64,000 nt of DNA from Eledone cirrhosa (Eukaryota): NCBI GenBank assembly GCA_964016885.1, contig OZ024740.1:344286001-344350000 (forward strand), given 5' to 3'. The notes under the pieces were generated by a model. That model did not search any database, had not been told where the DNA came from, and saw nothing but the letters and a program-made list of their open reading frames with translations. Both the position numbers and the translations under genes were made by a program. Of this stretch, positions 43,354 through 55,102 are shown one piece after another. Each line of letters begins with the position of its first letter. Positions within the stretch are counted from its first letter, which is position 1.

Positions 43354-44750
43354 TAGGTACAACCTGTTACCATTCCATCTCCTCCATCCTCTATTTCTTT
43401 AAACTATATGTACAACTTGTATTATCATACTACAACTTGATCTATATTGATTCTTATTTACCTTTATTAATTTTTTTTATTATTTTATTTTTATTATTTC
43501 ATTAATGTATATTTTTTTTTAATTATTTTATTATTTTATTTTTTTTAAAATTATTTTATTAATGTATTTTTATCAATGTATTCTATCTTTATATTGGTAT
43601 TTTATCTTTGTATGCTGCTTTTATTATTTTTTGTAACTTTTCCTTACTCAGGTCATTATACACCTTTCATAGCCCCCTACCCACCTAAGAATCACACAAC
43701 TTATAATCCGAACTAACTGGGACTTTAAAATAATTTTGGTCTATTTGCACTTTTCATTGGTTTGCTACCTTCGACTTGTGTGGTGGCTTTTCTCGGCTGC
43801 GCGCTGGGCACTCGGAAAGTTCAGTCTTCCTTGAGTGCTCGGAAAAATAAATTTCTCCTCTTTCGGTAAACGAAATTACTCGGAGCGGGTTGCTTTGCCC
43901 CGGTCCCATCGCGCCGCCTGTTTTGGCCGCCACATTATACTTGTACCTACAAACTCCAGGTTTGGGCATAACTATTAGCTGTATCATGCCTCTACTGGCA
44001 CGTAAATAAACCCCTCATGTGGGATTTAATAGTATTCGTTTGGTATAGACGATGGCCTGTCGAAATTGTGGAGTTCCCGCTAGCGCTCCCGGGCTTAAAT
44101 ATTAATTTCCATTTCTTTCGCTGGACGATACCACTCGAGACTGGCTGACTGATGGTGGTGGTGGTGGTGTGTGGGGGGAGGGGGGGGGGGCGTGCTGGCT
44201 GGGACTCCCATTTGAAATCTTTACTCTATATCCCATCCTAATGTCTCACCGAGATAATTTTTTTCATATAAGACTCTCTCCGTAAGTTCATTAAATAAAT
44301 AAATCTCGCTACCTTAAACTTTAATTCTCTAATAACTTATTTTTCAATTTATCATCTTGCAATTTAATAGTTTAATTTAATTTAATTTCATCCTATAACT
44401 CGCAACATAAGTTTAACGTTCCAATCTTCGGTTCATACATTAGATTATACAGACACCCATTATAGATTCTTTTGGGTAGCATTTTTTCGCGGCATTTTCT
44501 AGCATGAATGTAGTATGACCCTTACACTACACTTCTTTCTCCCTCTCTTTCTTTCTTCCCCTTCTTCTTTGACGGAGTGGTGGTAGTGCATTATAAGCCT
44601 TCGCCCCCTCACCAGATATTCATTAGTAGATTCAGTTGCCAACACTTTGAGGTCGACTGGCTGAGAAGCTAGTTGGTCAGTCGTCCTCTCTGTCTCTGTC
44701 TCTGATTTTTTGGACCCATGGTTTTTTACATATTCCTTTGTTATATTCCA

Positions 44751-44808
44751 ATACCTGATGATATCACCGGATTCATATGGAAGCCGGTCATTGAAATGAT
44801 CATAGTAT
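44751..44808 (+). ncRNA. Type I hammerhead with palindromic helix III
   Basis: ATAC-CTGATGA-tAT-c-ACCGG..CCGGT-c-ATt-GAAA-TGATCA-TA^GTAT; followed by aataaa and a TA run about 55 nt later. Confidence 0.85.
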
Positions 44809-44898
44809 AATAAACCTTTCAAGGATTTACACCAGTCCAGCCTCCTGTTATATTATTTCATTTATATATATATAAATATATATATACAGTATATATAA

Positions 44899-45767
44899 AT
44901 GAAAGGTATAGAAAATATTGTAACAAAAAGCCAACAGTATTCCATAATATATAAGTGACTATAGCGTCAAAATGGGAAAAATGGTTAACGTAAGATGTGG
45001 GAAAAATAATTCAAACTCAACTCAAAAAGAATCAGGATATAGATTCATCCAACAGAATTTAGTGAAATCCAGGGAAAAATCAATAGAGCCTTAACTCATG
45101 ATAAAATAAAGTTTAAAATACTCATCCTTCAATTTGGGACAACTACAAATGCTCTGTATAGTCTTGAAGACTATTTCACGAACACTTTCAGTGGAGATGG
45201 TCACGGCTAGAATTCGATCCTCAGCAGAGCACAACTCGATAGCCAAATTTCTCACTGATTAATATACCAAAAAGGGAATTAAAAGCAGGCTAGTTTACCA
45301 TCATGCGTGATTATGAAAATAAAACGCACATGTGGAAAAACAGGGCTGGCGACGTCAGAATGAGACGAATGTTTGTTTACAAGAAACAACAGTCAAAAAT
45401 ATTCCGAAAAAAACTCTACAATAAGGAGTTCAGCAAAAAGCAATATTATCGCGGTTTTTTTTTTAAATACCGGGATTAGTCACAAATAATTTAAGCACTC
45501 TAGGAAAGAAATCCGAGTATAAATATATACATGAAAGGTATAGAAAATATTGTAGCAAAAAGCCAACAGTATTCCATAATATACAAGTGACTATAGCGTC
45601 AAAATGGGAAAAATAGTTAACGTAAGATGTGGGAAAACTAATTCGAACTCAACTCAAAAAGAATCAGGATATAGATTCATCCAACAGAATTTAGTGAAAT
45701 CCATGGAAAAATCAATACAGCCTTAACTCATGATAAAATAAAGTTTAAAATACTCATCCTTCAATTT
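44899..45767 (-). mobile_element. Head-to-tail repeat (about 1.4 copies of a 632-nt unit) with one hammerhead, retrozyme/pLTR-like
   Basis: Direct repeats 44899-45135 and 45531-45767; TA-rich flanks; no ORF. Confidence 0.85.
45150..45231 (-). ncRNA. Type I hammerhead ribozyme, complete core
   Basis: TGCTCTG-CTGAGGA-tCGAA..TTCGt-GAAA-TAGTC-ttcaa-GACTA-TA^CAGAGCA; helix I 7/7 bp, helix III 6 bp. Confidence 0.88.
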
Positions 45768-45797
45768 ATACATATATATATTTTGGTAGATTTATCT

Positions 45798-46012
<215 letters not shown>

Positions 46013-46181
46013 TGTATATATAAAAAATATATATATATTCATAAATATATATACATAAATATTTATATATATATATAAACACATATATACATATATGTAT
46101 GTGTGTGGGTATATATATATATATATGTGTGTGAGCGGGTGTGTATGTAACACACTTGTACGTATCATATATATACATACA

Positions 46182-46256
<75 letters not shown>

Positions 46257-46549
46257 GTATTTGTCTGTTGTTATTCGCCATCTATTTTTATATTTCATAC
46301 ACTTACGTACGTAGACATACACCTATACATGCAGACACATGTGTGAAGGCGTCTCAATTACACACGCATCGCACTTTTTTTAGTTGTTCTTGGCTCAGAT
46401 CCTTGAGATGGTTTCCGGCAACCGGACATGCGCACATCGTTGATTTATGATGTGTTTAAGAGAGGCCCATATAAATTTAAGCCTAACAGGCTGCAGACAG
46501 GAGGGTCAAGACACTTGAAGTGACCAACTGATTCTGTGTTGTTGCCTTC

Positions 46550-46734
46550 GTTATTGTTATTTATTTATTCCTGTTGTTAGTTTTTCCTTGATTTTATCAC
46601 TTATGTTTTTTTTACTGTTGTTTTTGTTACTGTTGCTTATCGCGGTTGCCGCCTTTGTTGTTGTTCTGTTCGCTGCTGACGTATTTGTTGGTGTTATGCT
46701 TGTTGTTGTTTTTCTTATTTTTGTTGCTGCTTCT

Positions 46735-46767
<33 letters not shown>

Positions 46768-47420
46768 ATGCTTGTTATTTTTTTTATTGTTGCTGCTGCT
46801 GTTATTACTATTGTTGTTGTGGTTACTGCTATTGTTATTGTTGTTGTTGTTTTTATTGGTGTTGCTACTGTTATTGCTATTGTTGTTGTTGTGGTGGCTG
46901 TTGTTGTTGTTGTTATTGTTGTTGCTGCTGCTGCTGTTGTTGTTTTGTTGTGCATGCCTTATTTTATGTTGTCGTTCAGTTGTTATTATTGTGTGTTGTC
47001 CTTGCGGCAAATAAATCATTGTTATTAGCACCTTTTTGTTGTTGTGGCTGATGTTGTTGTTGTTATTACGTTTTTGTTGTTGTGGCTGATGTTGCTGTTG
47101 TTTCTATTCTGTATTTATTTTTTCTGTATTTATTTTTTCAATTTTCTTTCTATTTTTTTTTCTTTGTGGTTAGCTATGTACAGTTTGTTAATTTATTTTG
47201 ATTGTTGTTACTGTTGTGTGTGTGTTTTTGTTGTTGTTTACTAGATTGGTCGTGATGATGATGACAACGCCGTCGCCGATGTCAAAAACGACAACAACGA
47301 TGATGATTATAATTATGATGATCATAGTGATAAAGATCACAACGATGACGACAATGATGATGATTATCATTATGATGATGATAATGATAAATATTACAAC
47401 AACAACAGCGACGAGGACTA
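46550..47420. repeat. Degenerate (GTT/GCT)n then (GAT)n low-complexity tract
   Basis: Directly visible trinucleotide tract. Confidence 0.9.
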
Positions 47421-47537
47421 TGAAGTGTAGCTGATGATTATCGTGATGGCCATGAGCTCGATGACAAAAAAAAAATACGAATGTGTTGATGGTGATGTGA
47501 CTATCTCATGGTAATGATGTTCCTGCTTTCATTAATA

Positions 47538-47932
47538 ATTGTTTCGACATTTGGCACAAGGCCAGCAATTAACTCAGTGTCTTACTGGTACTTTATTTTA
47601 TCTACTCCGCAAGGATGAAAGGCAAAGTTAATCTCGGTGAGATTTGAACTCACATCATAAAGGGCTGTAACTCTATGCTTGCAAAGCATGGCGTCCGACC
47701 CTCTATCAAATATTGCCAATCCACCACCTTGCTTTCATTAATAATTGTTTCTACATTTGGCACAAGGCCAGCATTATCCCAGTGTATTACTGGTACTTTA
47801 TTTTATCTACTCCGCAAGGATGAAAGGCAAAGTTAACCTCGGCCGGATATAAACTCACATCATAAAGGGCCGTAACTCTCTGCTGCAAAGCATGGTATCT
47901 GGCCCTCTACCGATACTGCCAATCCACCGCCC
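47538..47932 (-). mobile_element. Two tandem SINE A copies
   Basis: Both match consensus; target tgctttcattaa present three times (about 47525, 47730, 47933). Confidence 0.9.
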
Positions 47933-48107
47933 TGCTTTCATTAACAATGATGATTATAATGATGATTGTTATAACGGTGCTTCTGTTGCTACTGATGATG
48001 TTGCTGTTTATATTAATGAGGAGTATATTTAAGGTACTGCGGTGTGGATGTGGATGATGGCAGCTTGAAAATAATGTTAAGCAGATAATGTAAATCCCCA
48101 CGCACAT

Positions 48108-48115
48108 GTCTACTA

Positions 48116-48150
<35 letters not shown>

Positions 48151-48161
48151 ACTACTACTAT

Positions 48162-48198
<37 letters not shown>

Positions 48199-48294
48199 GC
48201 TACTACTACTACTGCTCTGCTGCTGCTGCTACTACTACTACTACTGCTGCTGCTGGTGCTACTACTACTACTACTACTACCACGATTGCTGCTG

Positions 48295-48365
<71 letters not shown>

Positions 48366-48396
48366 ACTACTGCTACTACTACCACGATTGCTGTTG

Positions 48397-48442
<46 letters not shown>

Positions 48443-48498
48443 AACAACTACTACTACTTCTATAAAAACAACAACGACTACTATTATTACTACTACTA

Positions 48499-48564
<66 letters not shown>

Positions 48565-48565
48565 T

Positions 48566-48631
<66 letters not shown>

Positions 48632-48632
48632 G
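48108..48632. repeat. (CTA)n/(CTG)n microsatellite
   Basis: Trinucleotide array over 500 bp. Confidence 0.95.
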
Positions 48633-49563
48633 ATATTTTCATTGTTTTCTTTTCTTCCTTTCTTTCCTTCTCTCTTTATATCTTTCTCCTCTCTGTCACT
48701 CTCTGTTTTTCAAATTGTTTCTTTCCTTTCTCTTTTCACTTCAAGTTTTTATGCCACTATCCACGTCGAAACGCACAATATCATGTACCGGGCATATATA
48801 TATAAAACTGCCGTAATAGCTTTCAAGAAAGTGCGTTAGTGTCGGTATAAAAAGCTAACTATGAAATGTGATAAAGACACAACACGGCCTGGGGGTCTTG
48901 GCACCTAGCACAAAACATTTTTAGTAGGGACATCAACGAAACAGAACGAAAAGATAACAAATAAAATATAAAATAAAACAACGTAGCAAAAGGTAAGAAA
49001 AAAAGATAGAAAGAAAAGGATAAAGAAGATAGAGACGAAATGGCACAAATGGCTGTGAAAATGTCGGCACACAGGAAGAAAAGGAGGAAGTCGTTTTGCA
49101 TAGCCGCCATATTAAATCTCTCTTCCCTCTACTTTTATGTATGTATTTGTTTGTTTGTTATTATGATTGTGTTTTTCTTTTATTGTACTATCTTTCTTTC
49201 TTTCGTTTTTATGGAAAGAGGTGTGAGAATATGACAGCTCCATTGAAGTAATTACTTCATTGAAACTCGCTTGAAATATCATCGTGGATTGTAAAAAAAA
49301 AAGACATCCTTATTTTTATGTTAGTCAGTTTGTATGTATATATGTATGTATATATGTATGTATGTATGTGTGTGTATGTGTGTGTGTATGTATGTGTGTG
49401 TATGTATGTGTGTATGTATGTATGTATGTATGTATGTATGTATGTATGGATGGATGGATGGAAGCATTTATGAATGTATATATATACATATATATATATC
49501 CATTATTATGTATGTATGTATGTATGTAAGTATGTATGGGTGGATGAATGCAAGCATGTATGA

Positions 49564-49624
<61 letters not shown>

Positions 49625-49712
49625 GCTTATTTGTATGTCGGTATCTTAGATTGTGTATGGATGAGCCATTTGTGTGCGCGAGTGTGTGCTTGTGTATGTG
49701 TGCTTGCATATT

Positions 49713-49752
<40 letters not shown>

Positions 49753-51444
49753 ACTACATTGGTGTATATGCATGTATACGTAAGGTTATATGTGTAGTCA
49801 GTCCCGTACAGCATGTTATAGAGTACCGTAGAATGAATAATGTCTCCCGTTGTGTCGCGTCCGTCGTGTCCGGTTTCGATTTCCTGTTTCGAGCGATTTT
49901 CATTTGAGCTACGTTGCTAATTTATTAATGCTATTGGTGGTAAGGAAGTCATGAACGCCACATAATCCAACGCTCTCCAACTGTGTAAGAAAAGAAGGAT
50001 AGTGCCAATAACCTGAGGTTACTACTTTTTATTACCTTTGATGATATTAACTCGGGCAATATTTTATTTGCTTGTATTTACATCTAAATGGTTGGGGACC
50101 AGGGAGGAGATCTCTAAATGTGTGGTTGCTCAGTCTGCTGGAAATAGTAGCCAACACCAAAAATTACACCCTGCTGTTTTGATAAATAAACGACACATTG
50201 GAATATATAGTCCAATGTACATTAGCTTCAAAACAAAGGATGAAAAGCCCATAGTCTAAATATCTTTGATCATAGTTTAACTCCATCAGCGTTGACCTAG
50301 GGCTAAATAATAAAAATAAAAAATATTGTTTATCTTGTTCCACTATACGCAGATCCTTGTCTATTTGAAGTGATGAAAATGGGATGATGTAGTCTCTTTG
50401 TTGTCTTACGGCGTATTAGATGTATTAGCCACATTTCTTTGAAATGTGCCCCTACTAAATGTAACATAAATATGAAATATATAAACTGAAATTAACTGTG
50501 TTAAAAGATGGGCTGGCTATAGGATTCTCCAATCAAGACTCACATAAGAGTAAACAACGTTAAGAATGACGACAATAATGATAACAACAGAAGCAAAATC
50601 AATCGCAAATTCCTTTGAAATGCAGAAGTTTATTAGTTAAGCGCTCTTCTGGTCATTTTTGGAAGCTTCTCGAATGCAAATTGATAAATCTCTTATCTAT
50701 TTATTTGCCACTTTATTCTGGATTTCTCATCCATCGTCTGAGGAGGAAGGTCCGAAGGAACTTCGGAGATTAGTTGGAGAAGAACCTTAGGTTACGCCGA
50801 TGACGATGAGGATGACAACTATAACGCCACAATTTCACTTTCTATATATGGTCCGACCGTGGCAGGGCCGAACTCCCACTGTCATCGCCTCCATCTCTCT
50901 GTATGGTGAGACAATGGGGTCCCCAGCTAGATTACCCAGCTTCGGCGGACAGAATAGAGAAGGCCTTTCCCCAGAGGATGGGAACGGAGATGCGCTGGAA
51001 GAACTACTCCATCTTGCGAGGCTCACACCTGCGGCTGGCCAGGTCAGCGCCTATGATGGTGAGTAGGGCCAAGGACACTAGACGTCTCCAATTGTCGGGA
51101 CTTATGGGGAAAGGGACAACTTCGCACCCATTTCTTCTATCTTATTCCACCTTAACAATGAAAGGCGACATCCTCGCACTTGTCCAAGTAGTGATGAACG
51201 AATAACTGAGTAAATGTATAATATTAAATACTAGAGGTTGTTAAAGATAAGTTCTTGTGCGATAATCTCGAAAGCTTATCAGGTTTATTAGCGTTAAATG
51301 ACTATAGTAAAAACTATCACTGAACTTTCGCTTTTTTGCAATTATTGTTGACATTGAAGTGCTTGCTGCTGTTTATCATTTTGCCATTTTTGTTTTTTTT
51401 ATGTTAATTTTGTTGTTTCCGTTTTTGTCCTCATTATTGTTGTT

Positions 51445-51608
51445 AGCAGTATCGGTATAGGCTCGGACGCCATGCTTTGCAGCATAGAGTTTCGGCCCCT
51501 TACGTTCTGATTTCAACTCCCGCCGAGGTTAACTTTGCCTTCCATCCTTACAGGGTCGATAAAATAAAGTACCAGTAATGCACTAGGATAATTGCTGACC
51601 TTGTGCCA
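51445..51608 (+). mobile_element. SINE A
   Basis: Consensus match, slightly truncated at both ends. Confidence 0.85.
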
Positions 51609-52137
51609 TTATTCTTTAGAATAATGAGACATAATTTGTTTGTTTTTTAATTTAGGCAGCCGGAAATTGTCCATGGCCTTAATTATTACAAGTAGAAGGT
51701 AAAAAAACACAAACGGATATGATGATGATGATGATGATTATGACGAACAGAGTCAGGGAAAAGATATGTCTTCTGTCAGATCGAGTTGTATATCATCCTC
51801 CTTCTACATTTCCCGCATATCCCTGATTGAGAAGGCCTAATGATCAAAGGCATTCCAGCCATGACACTTTTACGTATCATTGTCCTATATGTCGTTCTTT
51901 ATCTAAGATGCTAGGGTGTAATTTAAGGGAGATTTGACAACTCAACCATATAGAGGTTCGCGAGTTTGACAAGAAGTAGAGATGGTGTAGAGTTAGCTTT
52001 TCTTGAAAAGTGTCTTTAGCAGAATAATTTATTCAGACGTCTTAGTGAGAGATAATTGTGACTAAATGGAATAGAGGGAGGAATAAGAGTGTATCTAGGT
52101 AGAGATGGTAAATAGAAACTTTCAATAGCATTGGTAA

Positions 52138-52160
52138 TCTATATATATATAAAACTGAGG

Positions 52161-52241
<81 letters not shown>

Positions 52242-52806
52242 TGTGTGTGTGTGTGTGTTTGAATCCCTAAAACTTGAGAAGTACCCAACCGATTTTTTTC
52301 AAACTTTACATGTGTATTAGTTATGTTGCAGGGAGTGTTATGCATATACAAATTCAACTTTTTGATACACTAGGGCCCGCATTAGGTGAAAAACTACGTT
52401 CCTTCAGCTTTTTAGGGTTTTTTGACGTCAGACCGATTTCCTTAAAATTGTAACTATGTATTAGTCAGTCTCTTCTTCATACCGTGAGCAAAGAAAATCC
52501 AACTTTTTTTATGGAATTAGGTGAAAAACCTTTGAGCCGTTACGTCTAGCCGATTTTCCCGAAATTTCAAGGCATATTATGCACATAAAAAAATTCATTT
52601 TCTTGATCCCCTAGGGCCAGCATTAGGTGAAAACCAGCATTTTTACTGCTTCATCGACGAAAATCTTAAAGATTATCCAGCCATCAGAGTATTCGGTTTA
52701 TTTTCTTTACATATTGTCAAGGCATGCAGTTTTTCCACGATTAGGTCTGTTGGCGGCCCGCGTTCCAAAATACCTTATCCCGTGCGATGCCGAATACCAC
52801 TGCCAG
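52138..52806 (+). mobile_element. Non-autonomous Helitron
   Basis: A|TCTATATATATAAAA start, internal (GT)n, internal repeats ctagggcc.gcattaggtgaaaa, degenerate GC-rich subterminal hairpin (cccgtgcgatgccg) and CCAG|T end (CTAG consensus). Confidence 0.75.
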
Positions 52807-52930
52807 TAAATTATAAATAGACGGTCTTGTTGTTTGTTAAACCTAGGTTAACCATGGTCCGGGTACTATATAATCGAAGGATTTCCAGTTATTTCTTTGT
52901 TTCTTTTCGCTTGGTTTATTCTGGTGGCAG

Positions 52931-52994
<64 letters not shown>

Positions 52995-53166
52995 CATTCG
53001 GTGGTGTCCAATCCGTATGAAGAACTCAATGTAATCCAAATATCATGAAAAGAGAAGATGTATTCAACATTTTTTCGATGAAAATCACAGGAAAACAGAG
53101 TCAAGATAAATTATAAAAACAATGAATAAAAACAAAAAAACAGTTCCTTATATTAAAAAATTCATC

Positions 53167-53294
53167 ATTTTACGATCGTTTCTAGGATATATATGTGTGT
53201 GTTGCTATGTATATCATATAGATCTATGTAAAGATTTTACAAACTATCGGAGGAAATATACATACCTACACATATATATGCTGTCTTCAGAAAT
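53167..53294 (-). ncRNA. Type I hammerhead with long helix II (left arm)
   Basis: Inverted copy of 53295-53422 with the same core. Confidence 0.75.
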
Positions 53295-53422
53295 ATTTCT
53301 GAAGACAGCATATATATATGTAGGTATGTATATTTCCTCTGATAGTTTGTAAAATCTTTACATAGATCTATATGATATACATACCAACACACACATATAT
53401 ATCCTAGAAACGATCGTAAAAT
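53295..53422 (+). ncRNA. Type I hammerhead with long helix II (right arm)
   Basis: ATTT-CTGAAGA-cAG-c-ATATATAT..GGTATGTATAT..ATATACATACC..ATATATAT-c-CTa-GAAA-CGATCG-TA^AAAT. Confidence 0.78.
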
Positions 53423-53506
53423 GATGAATTTTTTAATATAAGGAACTGTTTCTTTGTTTTTATTCATTGTTTTTATTAATTTATATATATATATATATAT
53501 ATATAT

Positions 53507-53972
53507 CCCACGCTCCTCTCCCACGCTCCTCTCCCTCACTCCTTTTCGTTGCATTTGTGTGTATATTTGTAAGTGTTAATGTATTCTCTATGTAAGTATA
53601 TATTTGGATATACAGGGAGAGGGAGCGAGAGAGAGGGAAAAATAATTGTTTCTATTTTTTGGCATAAGGCCATCAATTAACCAGTGCATTACTGGTACTT
53701 TATTTTATCGACCCCGTGAGGATGAAAAGCAAAGTTAATCTCGGCGGGATTTGAACTCAGAATGACAAGGGCCGTAACTCTATGCATCAAAGCATGGCGT
53801 TCAACTCTCTACCGATACTGCCAATCCACCGAGAGGGCGAAATAATGTATAAGAGAAAGAGAGACACAGAGGGAATGTGTAAGAGAAAGAGAGATGGGGG
53901 AGTCACAAATTTGTGAAGAACGATTAGAGAAAAAGGATCCATAAAGTGGTGAGAGATTAACAAAGCCACATA
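53507..53972 (+). repeat. Local duplication, copy containing a SINE (paralog at 57510-57772)
   Basis: Near-identical sequence on both sides of the SINE. Confidence 0.9.
53647..53830 (-). mobile_element. SINE A
   Basis: Consensus match; imperfect TSD gagagggaaaaataat / gagagggcgaaataat. Confidence 0.9.
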
Positions 53973-54130
53973 TATTAATAACGATGAAGTGTTTCGTTAA
54001 CATGTATTTAGATTTATATTGTATGATCGACCTGGTACGCGCGTTTCACCTGGTGCGCGCGTTTGGGTCAGGGTCACCCCATAGGATTTGTGGACCCGAC
54101 TACATTATCGATCTGTATATATATATATAT

Positions 54131-54628
54131 AATAACTTATTTTACTTATTGTTCGCGCAAGCCTGAGGTATCTGGTCTTTAATGCGAAGAAATACCTATG
54201 ATGGCTAGTAGACCACTGAAGATGGATAGTCCTGGCTTCTATTTCTAATTCTTCATTTTAATTTGTATATCACATATGCAACAACACAGCACGCCATTTT
54301 TCATTCCTATATGCTTTCCCCTTCACTGTGACAAGTCTTTTTCTCTTCCCTTACCACTATACTCTTTCTCTCTCCCTCTTCTCCCTCTTACTTTCATTCA
54401 CCCCCTCTGCTAGTCACCCTCTCTCGGCTAGCCTCTTCCTCACACTTTCACTCACTTGCTCTCTTGCTCCACCTAATTCTTCTTATCCCAATAACTTATT
54501 TTACTTATTGTTCGCACTAGCCTGAGGTATCTGGTCTTTAATGCGAAAAAATACCTATAATGGCTAGTAGACCACTGATGATGTATAGTTCTGGCTTCTA
54601 TTTCTAATTCTTCATTTTAATTTGTATA
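54131..54628 (+). mobile_element. Head-to-tail repeat (about 1.4 copies of a 360-nt unit) with double-pseudoknot, hammerhead-like motif
   Basis: Direct repeats 54131-54270 and 54490-54628 around a pyrimidine-rich spacer; (TA)n on both sides. Confidence 0.8.
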
Positions 54629-54764
54629 TATATATATCAGCAAAGGGATATTTAATTTTGTTGGTAATTCAACAAATATATGTATCTATAACTGATTCGA
54701 AGGTTTTCTGGAGTATAATATCAATGATATTAATAAATGGAAACTATATTTATAAAACCATATT

Positions 54765-54827
54765 TATTCTATTATATATATATTTCAAGGGTACCAAAAC
54801 TTTGGTACTCCCTCATCAGATAAAATA
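54765..54827 (-). ncRNA. Type I hammerhead (inverted copy)
   Basis: TATTTTAT-CTGATGA-GGGaGTACCAAA..TTTGGTACCCTT-GAAA-(TA)5^ATAGAATA. Confidence 0.8.
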
Positions 54828-54926
54828 CAAAGTTCGTTTTATAAATATTGACATACCAAGGGACGAGATCTTAACAGTTCAAGTTTTTCCAGAAAACGAA
54901 CTTTGTATTTTATGAAACGAACTTTG

Positions 54927-54987
54927 TATTTTATCTGATGAGGGCGTACTAAAGTTTTGGTACCCTTGAAATATATATAATAGAATA
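54927..54987 (+). ncRNA. Type I hammerhead with (TA)n helix III
   Basis: TATTTTAT-CTGATGA-GGGcGTACTAAA..TTTGGTACCCTT-GAAA-(TA)4^ATAGAATA; helix I 8 bp including one GU. Confidence 0.8.
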
Positions 54988-55028
54988 AATATGGTTTTAT
55001 AAATATTGTTTCCATGTATTAATATCAT

Positions 55029-55074
<46 letters not shown>

Positions 55075-55102
55075 TTGCAGAATTGACTGTCACCACTGAA
55101 TA

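Larger units (their letters stand above)
53106..53483. mobile_element. Spacer-less palindrome (about 188-bp arms) made of two head-to-head hammerhead units
   Basis: Symmetry centre aaat|attt at 53294/53295; arms nearly identical; right arm ends in (TA)n. Confidence 0.9.
54718..55034. mobile_element. Fold-back element with two divergent hammerheads
   Basis: Inverted arms about 54718-54843 / 54911-55034, ending in (TA)n. Confidence 0.88.

Noticed and set aside
50733-50775. CTGAGGA-GGA-agg-TCC-GAAG hammerhead-like string
   Set aside because: GAAG instead of GAAA and no helix I or III; an alternative hairpin explains the pairing.
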